Of a stretch of 64,000 nt of DNA, positions 54,579-64,000 are shown one piece after another (position 1 is the stretch's first letter; each line of letters starts with the position of its first letter). Origin of the DNA: the human T2T-CHM13v2.0 reference genome, Homo sapiens. The stretch is from assembly GCF_009914755.1 (NCBI RefSeq), contig NC_060932.1. The stretch is one strand, 5' to 3'. Below the pieces are notes generated by a model. The model ran no database searches. It had not been told where the DNA came from and saw nothing but the letters and a program-made list of their open reading frames with translations. The position numbers and the translations under genes are program-made.

Positions 54579-55670
54579 ATAGTAACCAGGTAAGCTCAAA
54601 GCCAGAAATAGCCTCATTTAAAGGAACAAGAAAATTGTTCCAGTTCAACTGTTTCTCCCTCAAAGCAGAACAGCTCACATTTGAGGAGGATAAGCCCAAC
54701 TTGTGGCTGCTTCCTCAGAAGGGAAAGGAAAGAGTGGAGTATGCTTCAAATGTTTTAGCTTTGGGGGTTAGATGCCTGAGGAGCTGATTTCTGTCTCATC
54801 TATTTCATGGCACTGATGGGAAAAAACACATACTTTGAATGCCTGTGGTTGCTGAGCACAAAAGAGAGCTCACTGGATTTGTTGTAGCACCAGAGAATCT
54901 ACAATGCCACAGTTAGACAACAGGGGAAGTAAGAAACGACAAAGCCTCAAAAAGAAAAAAAAAAAAGGAAGAAGAGAAAAAACCCTGCAAACCTCTCTAA
55001 TTCAAAAATTACATTCCAAGCCCAGAGAAGAAGAATCTCCATGAAAAATTGAGAGGTCCCCAGAATTTCCAGCTTGGCTGATTTATGGAAGTGTTTCCCT
55101 GTATACAACTGGTTCATGAGGACTGAGACAGGAGGTTGTTTTTTAAAAAGGCAAGAATCATAACAAAAAATAAAAAGACACCCAAAGAAACAGAGAAGCA
55201 TGACCCAATCAAGGAAAAAAAAAAACATCTCCAAAACTGCTCCTGTCTATGAAATATAAAACAAGGAATTCCAAGTAATTATTCTAAAGGAGCTAAGGGT
55301 GATATGATAACACAGATAGAAAACTAAATGAAATTAGGAAAATGGTGCATGAACAAAATAAAAATATTAAGAAAGAGATAGAAACTATAAAAAAGAACCA
55401 AATAGAAATTCTGGAGAATATAAACTTTTAAAAAATACCAGAAGGACTCATTAGCAAACTTGATCAAACAGATGAATAAGTCATTAAACTTAAAAGGTCA
55501 TTTAAAAATATCGAGTCAGAGGAACAACAACAATGAAAATAAAAAACATAAAGAGGTCCAAAGGACTCATGGAACACCAGCATGCTGATAAATGTATCCA
55601 TTATTGGTATCTCACAAGGAGCAGAGAAAAAAAAATGAAGAAGAAAGCTTATTTTGAAAAATAATAAATT
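54579..55670 (+). mobile_element. Old L1M 5' UTR and ORF1 N-terminal half
   Basis: aaagagatagaaactataaaaaagaaccaaatagaaattctggag is the ORF1 coiled-coil motif. Confidence 0.8.
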
Positions 55671-55940
55671 CTGATGTCTGAGAGCCTGTGAAGATGCATG
55701 TCCCAGCTCAAGAGAAAAAAGAAAGGTTTGCCTTTTCCCTAAATGTTTATTCTATTAAGGCTCTCAAGGCATTGGATGATGCTCACCCAAATTGGTGAGT
55801 GCATATCTTCTTTACCAGTCTACTGATTCACACTAATCTTTTCCAGAAACACTCTCACAGATACACCCAGAAGTAACATCAATCAACTATCTGGGTAACA
55901 CTTAATTCAGTCACGGTGACACATAAATTTAACAATCATA
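55671..55940 (-). mobile_element. MLT2 (ERVL) LTR fragment
   Basis: ttggatgatgctcaccc...ttccagaaacactctcacagatacacccag...gacacataaatttaacaatca. Confidence 0.85.
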
Positions 55941-57462
55941 ATGTGGACTTAAAAGGATCCCAAATTGCCAAAACAATCTTGCAAAAGAAAGCAAAACTGG
56001 AGTTCTCACACTAATTAAAAAAGATATTATAAAGCAATAGTAATCAAAAAGGTATGGTACTCACATAAAGACAGGCATAGAGACTAATGGAACAGAATAG
56101 AGAACCTAGAAATAAACCCACACTTATGTAGTCAGATGATCTTTGAAAATGATGCCAAGTCATAAAATGGGGAAAGGATAGTCTTTCCAACAAATAGATG
56201 CCCACCTGGAAAAGAGTCAAGTTAGACACTTAATTAAAAACATAAAAATTAACTAAAAATGAATTAAAGGCCAAAATGTACTACATAAAACTATAAAATT
56301 CCTAGAAGAAAAAATAGAGAAAAACCTTGCTGATATTGGTATTGGCAATAATCTTCTGCATATGACACCAATAGCACAGGCAACAAAAAGAGAAATAGGC
56401 AAAAGGGACTACATCAAACTTAAGAACTTCTCCATGGCAAAGAGAGTAAAAAGCAACCTACATAACTGGAGAAAATATTTGCATACCATGCATATGATAA
56501 AAGCATAAAATTCAAAATATATAAAGAACTCCTACAAGTAAACAACAACCACCGCAACAACAGCAACAGCAAAAACAACAGCAATAAAAATATTAAAAAT
56601 GGGAAAAGAACTTGAACAAACATTTGTTCAAGGAAGATATACAAATGGCCAACAAGCATATGAGAATATGGTAATTGTCACTAATAATCAGGGAGATACA
56701 AATCAAATCCACAATAAGATATTACCTCACAACTGTTAAGATGGATACTCCTTTTTAAAAGCCAAACTAAACCAAACCAAAAAGAAAATACATATTTGAA
56801 AAGATATGGAGAAACTGGAACTCTTATGCACTGTTGCTGGGAATGCAAAATGGGGCAGCCACCATGGAAAACAATATAGAGGTTCCTCAAAAAATTAAAT
56901 TTATAGCTACAATAATGTTCCAGCAATCCTACATATGGGTATATATCCAAAGGAATTAAAAATGAGATATTGGAGAGATATTGTCATATTTATGTTTTTT
57001 ACAACATTATTTACAATATTCAATTCACGAGCAAACTAAATGTTTGTTAATGGATGAATGAATAAAGAAAATGTGTCATATAAACATGATGGAATATTAT
57101 TTAGTCTTAAAAAAAGGAAGAAATTCCATTCATATGCTACAACATGAATGAACTTTGAGGACATTATGCCAAGTAAAATAAGCCAATCACAAAAAAAAAT
57201 TTGTGTGATGCCATTCATATAAGATTTATAAAACAGTCAAATTCTTAGAAACAGAAAATAGCATTAGGTAGTAGCTAGGGACTAGGGAAGGGGAAAAGTA
57301 AAATCTTTCAATGAGTACAGAGTTTCAGTGTTACTACATAAATTAGTTCCAGAAGTCTGTTGTCCAACAACGTACATGTAGTTAACTTTACTATACTATG
57401 TACTTAAAAATGGCTAAGATGGTAAGTGTTATATCCATGTCTTCATCACAATGAAAAAATAA
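55941..57462 (+). mobile_element. L1MB-type ORF2 3' part and 3' UTR
   Basis: aatcaaaaaggtatggtact...aatggaacagaatagagaac; ends aaaatggctaagatggtaa...tcacaatgaaaaaataaa. Confidence 0.9.
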
Positions 57463-57775
57463 AGATGAAGTCTTTAGGGTGGGCTTGTATCCCAATATGC
57501 CTGGTGTCCTTGTAAGAAGACAATGTGAAATTAACCCACAGGAAGGAAACCCTGTGAAGATGGAGGGAGTCATACAACTATAAGTCAATGAATAGCAAGG
57601 CTTTATGGCCACCACCAGAAGCTAGAAAGAGGCAAGGAAGGAGTCTCAGAAGGACCACAACCCTGCCAACACCTTGATTTTGGAATTCTGACCTCCAGAA
57701 CTGTGAGAGAAGACATTTCTGTTGTTGTAAGCCCCTCAGTTTGTGGTACTTTGTTATGGAAGCCCCAGGAAATGG
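57463..57775 (+). mobile_element. MaLR LTR (MLT1B/C-like), 3' part
   Basis: ccaccagaagctag...ccctgccaacaccttgatttt...cctccagaactgtgaga...tttgtggtactttgttatgg. Confidence 0.85.
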
Positions 57776-58130
57776 AGGCACCCCACTTCAAGGCTGCTTT
57801 GTTATCCATGGGGCAGAGAAAATGCAATATTGCTTAGTACTGTTCCTTCTTTTTTTTTTTTTCCTTTTTGTTTGTAATCTACCAAGCACATAGCAGTGTT
57901 CCTTTCAAATGAAGAGATTACCAAGTGCAAAATAAGCAACTTTTAAGTATCACTATTTACTTATGATGACGACGACTACTAGTAGGAAAGCCTTTAGTCA
58001 TTGCCGGTGAATATCACAGAATAGTGGGGGAATATTTATATAATTACCCCCTGTAGGGCTTTGGTAAATCAGATGGCAAATTCAAATATTTTCATAGTTA
58101 TATTAATCTTATGCACAAAAGTGAAAATTA

Positions 58131-58168
58131 CAAACATGTATGAAAAGTCCAAACATGTATGAAAAGTC
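58131..58168. repeat. Perfect 19-bp tandem duplication
   Basis: caaacatgtatgaaaagtc x2. Confidence 0.95.
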
Positions 58169-58309
58169 ACGCAGAAATGAATTTGAATTCTAATTTTAGT
58201 ACTTCTTGGTATTTTTTACGTATGATACCATTAGTTGCTAAACTTTGTTGCCCTCATCCTTAACCAAGACACATTATAGTTATAAGGTGAGTGTGAATAT
58301 TAAAAAATA

Positions 58310-58508
58310 TCCCTATGCACCTAAATTACCAGGGAGGTAGCGAGCAAGTGTGAGAGAGAGACACAGAGAGAGCAAGAAAGAGAGAAAAGATGGGCTGGAC
58401 CCCATTCCTAACCAATTGAATCAGAATCTTCATAGTGCTAGGGTATCAGTATTGTTTCAAAATTTCTGTAGGTAATTCTGTCACACACAGAAGGTAGAGA
58501 ACAACTAT
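58310..58508. mobile_element. MER5-type hAT MITE fragment
   Basis: accaattgaatcagaatct...ggtaattctg...gagaacaact. Confidence 0.6.
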
Positions 58509-61160
58509 TCATAATGTGAGGTTTGTTACATAAAATATTCTTAATGAATTGAAGCTCTGATTATTCATTTCCCTATCTCTTCTTATCAAATGACCCTCAG
58601 AATCTCTGCTGTAAGTGTTAAAATGTATGGGCATTTATATGAATCATAATTAAATAGACACTTTTGAGTAGCAGCCTATCCTCATAATGTAATTTCTATT
58701 TTCCTAATGTGGTGCCTTGTCATATGGTTATGTGAGCAAAAATTAAAAAAATTGAAGAGCGTAATTGTGACATAATTTTTAGTAAACCGCTAGCTAAGAG
58801 CCTCTTAAAAGTCTGAAGTCTTGGTGTCTTAATAATTATATTCAGTGTTAGATACAAATGGCTTTATTGAACTATAGGATCTTAGATGGTGTGTAGTCCA
58901 TGAATCTCATGGAATTTGAAGCTTATGCTTTATAAATATTTGCCACTGGGTAGCATTACCCATATAATTTTGCTTTTTTGCTTGTCAGAATATTGTTTCT
59001 CATTTCTTCTCTCTTCTGGTTTTGTTGCCTGACCAAACATAAAGATATAAGAAAACTCATGGCAATTTTGTTTAAAAACATCCAATTTATATGTAAGTAT
59101 GTTTAAATTGAACCTTTGATTAACTACTTTAATAAATCTGTCACAATCAATAACCTAAGTTGTCCAAAAAATTCAGCTCCATGTACCATTTCCAGTTAAT
59201 GATATCAGCTGAAATTAGAATGTCTTAAGTATTATCTTTTCATGGAGTCAGCAATAATATCAAATGAAATATGAAGTTACTGTATTGCACATTTTAACAT
59301 ATACCCAATCTTCAATTTTTGATATTTTTATTTAATCTCATTACTCAATCCCTATTAAATAATTAGCAATCATATTTCACTTTCAAAGCATTACATACTC
59401 ATTTTATGTAGAGACCATAGGACCTTTTTTGGTGATCTAAAAAGGCCGTTGGAGGGCTGCTTGTGGGAAGGTCAGATGTGTGAGATCCAAAGTCTTGAAG
59501 ATTTAAAGTATTTAAAAAATAAAATGTGGCTATTAAAGGGATTATAAAGTTAGAAATTTTCTTTATTTGTATTGGCTGGTATTGCTTTGAGAGACAAAGG
59601 ATATATCAATTTCAGATTCTCTATTCAGATTTTGAAGTGTTATTGAATCTAAAAGATTCCCCTAGAAACTTCTGTTTTCTAGAACCTCACAAATATTTTA
59701 TTGTATCACATACGTGTATATATGTATATACTTAAAATACTTATGCATATGTGCTCAAATGTAGTTATATGTTTACATACTTATCACATTCTTTGAAAGT
59801 TGCATAAGGTACCTTTTTGCTAATCATAAATACAGTTTTTGTTACTTTTAGCAGAAATTTACTTTTTTTATACCTATTATCAACTAATAGATTATATTTT
59901 TAAATATTGAATTTATTACATCATCCTTAATTTACAGAGCAATAATTCATAAGCATTTTCTTAACCACTATTAGAAAAAGTACATTCTATGATGAACTAT
60001 TCTTAAGGAGGTATGGTGTTAGATTTAAAATAAATTTTAGAAAAATATCTCTAGGTTTTAAGGCTATTTCAGTTTGTTTTGAAACAATGCATTTCTTCAC
60101 TTTAGCTGAATATCAAGAAGCACTTTAAAAATACGGGCTTTTGTGAATAACAGTTTGATCACTAGAATTTGTCAACATGATAGTAATGAGATTTTGTGAA
60201 CATTATATAAGTCATCATTATTAAATTTTCAAGTGAGTGTTACTTCCTGAAATTTTACCAGAGACAAGTCAATGAAGATATTCAGAAAATGCAAAAGCAA
60301 GGATAAATAATTTTTTAAAGCCAGATTATCTTATATTCAAAAATAATAAAATGCTGAAAGCTGTAATTTCAATTTATTAGGAGTTGCTGGAATTACAATT
60401 GTGAGCCACCACACTCAGCTATGGATAATATTTTTAAAGCCTAATTTGGACATAACACATATTAGGAGGGTAGAGTTTAATAAATTAATCATAAACATTC
60501 AGGTTTTTACACTAAAATATTTGTAGAAGTCACTTTTAAGAAGTTACCCAGCAATGATCAGGAGAGATAACCAATTTTGTCCTAAAGTTCAAAGGAATAA
60601 AGAATTAAAAATAAATCTATAGCAGTCATATACTAAGAGTATTCTAGTAGAAAGTAGAATAAAGGATTGTGCTCTGTTTGTGAAGCAAGATTAGACACAG
60701 TGAAATAAACAGCCAAAGAGTGCATCACTATGAATTGATACTGTGAAATCAGTGGGGTAGAGGAGACTACAAAAAATGTATCCTTGGACAATTTTCACAA
60801 GATGTAAGGATGGTGAGTGATTTTTCACAGTACTTGGGATAACAGCTTGGGCCATTTTCCTTGTATTCCACTGATACCTTTATACAGTTCCTTTGCAAGA
60901 GTATACCCCATTTAGCATTTTAGGTATTACCAATATTGTAGGTAAGCGAAACCAATTTCTTAGTGACAACTTTGGTTGCTGTTACTCTTTGACACATTCT
61001 TGAATATACTGAATTAAGTTTTTTAAGTGTATTTTATAACTGATTTAATATAAAGACACAATCTATCCTGGCATTTTAATTGTAATTTTAAAAGAAATTA
61101 AAACATTTCTGAGCCTCTAATTTGTGACTTGTCCAAATTAGGTTTTAAAAATAATACCCT

Positions 61161-61305
61161 TAGCTGAGTGTGGTGGCTCACACTTGTAACTCCAGCAACC
61201 AGACGGGCTGAAAGGGGAGGATGATTTGAGGTCAGAAGTTTAAGACTAGGCTGGGAAACATAGTGAGACTACGTTTCTAAAAAAATTTTTCTTAAATAAA
61301 TAAAA
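61161..61305 (+). mobile_element. FLAM / Alu left monomer
   Basis: gtgtggtggctcacacttgtaa...tttgaggtcagaagtttaagactaggctggg plus A-rich tail. Confidence 0.8.
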
Positions 61306-62007
61306 ACATTACCCTGACAGCAGTGCTGAGGATAAAAATGGGAGAAGGAATTCAAAACTAGGAGCAATTAGTGTAGAATCTGACAGCCATGTTGAGATCA
61401 AATAAGGTAGATACATTTCAAGCTAGCAACAAACAAATATAAAAAAACGGAATATAGAAGCCTGTTTCAAAGATGTTTGAATCAAAATATTGAACATTTT
61501 GGGATATTACTTCATTATTAAATTACTACATCTCAGATGCCAACATAAAATAATTTTTTCTTGGTTACTTACTATTTTTTTCACCTTTTAATTTCATTAA
61601 TTTAATGACCTATTTTCTTCTTTAGATTTCTCAGCAATAATTATCTGCTGCCAGTGTTATACATATGGTTCCCCAAACCATTAAAATAGATGAATTTCCT
61701 TATCTCTAAGAATCAATTCTAAATTAATGTTCAAACAAGTAGAAAAGAATACCTTAAATATTTATTTATTCTGTCATGTCAGAAGAATATATGTCAGGTA
61801 GACTCTAAGGTAGACACTGAGGAGCAACCAATAAACATAACGTGTGCAGATCTTGGCTGATAATGCTACATGTTCGTACAACAAGAGCCAATAATAAATC
61901 ACATTATTTGATGTGCAAGAGTAAAGTAAAACATATAAAAACTTGAAATAAAATAGGCTGTTCTATTTTACTAAACAAGGCTGTATTTATAACATTTGAT
62001 ATTTAGG

Positions 62008-62290
62008 TCTTTTTGTATTTATTTAGAGATGATGTCTCACTGTCATCCAGGTTGGAATGCAGTAGTTTGATAACAGCTCAGTGCAGCCTCGAACTTCTGA
62101 GTGCAAGTGGTCCAATCACCTCAGTCTCCTGAGTAGTGGGGGCTACAGGTATGTGCCACCATGCCTCACTAATTTTTTAAGCTTTCTGTATATACAAGGT
62201 CTTCCCATGTTGTCCATCATGGTCTCAAGAGATTTTCCTGCCTCAGCCTCCAGAGTAGCTGGGATTGCAGTACTGAGTCACCATGTCAAC
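62008..62290 (-). mobile_element. Old Alu (AluJ-like), internally deleted
   Basis: Antisense Alu arms (ggaatgcagtag...cagctcagtgcagcctcgaac; cctgcctcagcctcc). Confidence 0.85.
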
Positions 62291-64000
62291 TCCAATATTT
62301 GACATTTGAAAGAGTAATTTTTCAAACATATACCAGAAGAGACATAAAAAATTAGAACTTTCTTTCTTCTTCTAAGATGCAGTTTTGAATGTGTAAAGAC
62401 TCATAGACCAGAGGAATTCCAGTATCTTAGCTATTCTGTTATGTAAATTACATTATTAAAAATTATTGTATTTCTGAAAAAGTTTAATGTTAGTTGTGGA
62501 ATAATAGTACTCTATTAATGTCGCTATGGAATAATTTTAGATGTCTTAACAAGATATCAACTAGAACATTTTATGACTGACAATCTTAGAAATAGCACAA
62601 TTTTTATTTTTTAATATATAAACCAATATTTATAACTACTTGTGTAGTTAATATTATATCACAATGTAATGCTTCATCTTTCCAAAATAATGTTCTCTCA
62701 TATGTATGTGAGCTCTGTATTTACAGTAAGCAGTGTCATTAAGTAACTTAAAATTTAAAAAACTGAAATATAAATTTATTACCTTCCTTTTATTATACAA
62801 TATATGTTTTAATTTAAATAAATGGAAACACACCACAGAACTGGTAAAAATATGTGAAGAGTTGAAGACCCTTGTCTCAAAATTTTGATTGTGTAACATG
62901 AAGAATACATTATGAATTTACCAAACAAATAATTTTGTCTGATTATGTAGCAATGATAGATGAGAGATAAAGAGGTCAAGATAGATTTTTACAGTTTGCT
63001 TAGAGTGAATAAAAAGATAAATAGAAGGAAGAAAAGAGAGAGAAATAAAAGAAACACAGCTGAAATTCTGAACTTGCTTCATTGGCTTGTCAAATATATT
63101 TATGTCTGATAATCTTGGTCCAGATAAGCAGCTTCATTGTGTTAGGGATAGTATTATGTACTTCAGCAATATCTGATAGTTTCAAAGACCTATTACCAAA
63201 TGATGAACGTTGGAGCATACATTTAGATTTAATTTGTTAATTTCACATTTTATAACAAAAATTTACGTGAAATAAAATACAAACTCTTATACAAATGTAC
63301 ATACATTTACCTTTATACAAACATAAACATATATGCCTAAAAATCTTCAGATAGTTCTACTCCAAGTGGTTGTAAAAAGGCCATAAAAATTTAATTAAAA
63401 GTGACCTATGTATAAGGCATATTGAATAATATATTTTGTGATATAAAGTGAGGTTGAAATAAGCAAAGAGGCAATATTGAAGGAATTTGATCTCAATAAT
63501 AATTATTGAATTTAATTTTATTGATGAAATTTTTTCTGTTTCTCTTCATTCTGATGTGATATTTTCAGATTATGCTTGGGTATTATGTTTTATAATTGTA
63601 AAACTTAAGAAAATAATATATTAATATAAAAATAAATATATCAATGTGTATTTCTACATGTTAAATGCAAATCTTAAGATATCTGTAATAGAGCTAAATA
63701 GAATACTTAAAAATACTATAAGCTAAATCTATTAGAAGGAATTACAATTATCATAAGTCACAAAATAAGTAAAACAATAACAAAAAATAGTATATTTAAA
63801 TTTTAAAATGTAGTAATATCTTGTAATTTTTCTGAACTTCATAACCAAAGAAATTGACCATAATTCTAATATTATATATGACTATTTTATTGTCTATTAT
63901 TGAAGTGTTCACATTTCTGAGCAGCTACTACGATGTTTTAATATAGTTTCTTTGGGGAGTGATTTGATCATTAGTCTTAAGTAAGTGGTCAAAAAATATA

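Noticed and set aside
58510-64000. Long AT-rich stretch searched for exons or structured RNA (also 41780-44690)
   Set aside because: No convincing ORF, splice-consistent exon, tRNA/snRNA motif or hairpin; only Alu remnants. Conserved non-coding elements cannot be excluded without alignments.

Overview
Primate (very likely human or great-ape) AT-rich, CpG-poor, non-coding DNA made mostly of interspersed repeats. It contains AluY/S/J, L1PA and old L1M LINEs, MaLR and DNA-transposon fossils, and an unusually dense set of endogenous retroviruses. I find no credible protein-coding exon, RNA gene or CRISPR array; every recognisable ORF in the track is a decayed L1, Alu, ERV or microsatellite frame. 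The interest is structural. (1) A ~6-kb MER21-like class III ERV is present not as a provirus but in genomic-RNA form (R-U5-internal-U3-R-polyA, with a degenerate long TSD), i.e. an apparent L1-mediated retrocopy, nested four levels deep. (2) A templated, fold-back copy of a nearby Alu junction sits inside an L1. (3) A cryptic, very old tRNA-Ser-primed class III provirus has an unexplained ~2.5-kb segment in the env position. (4) There is a two-LTR tRNA-Pro-primed ERV1 provirus and several complex repair or retrotransposition scars. Subfamily names come from recalled consensus sequences and need Dfam/RepeatMasker confirmation; boundaries not supported by a TSD are approximate.
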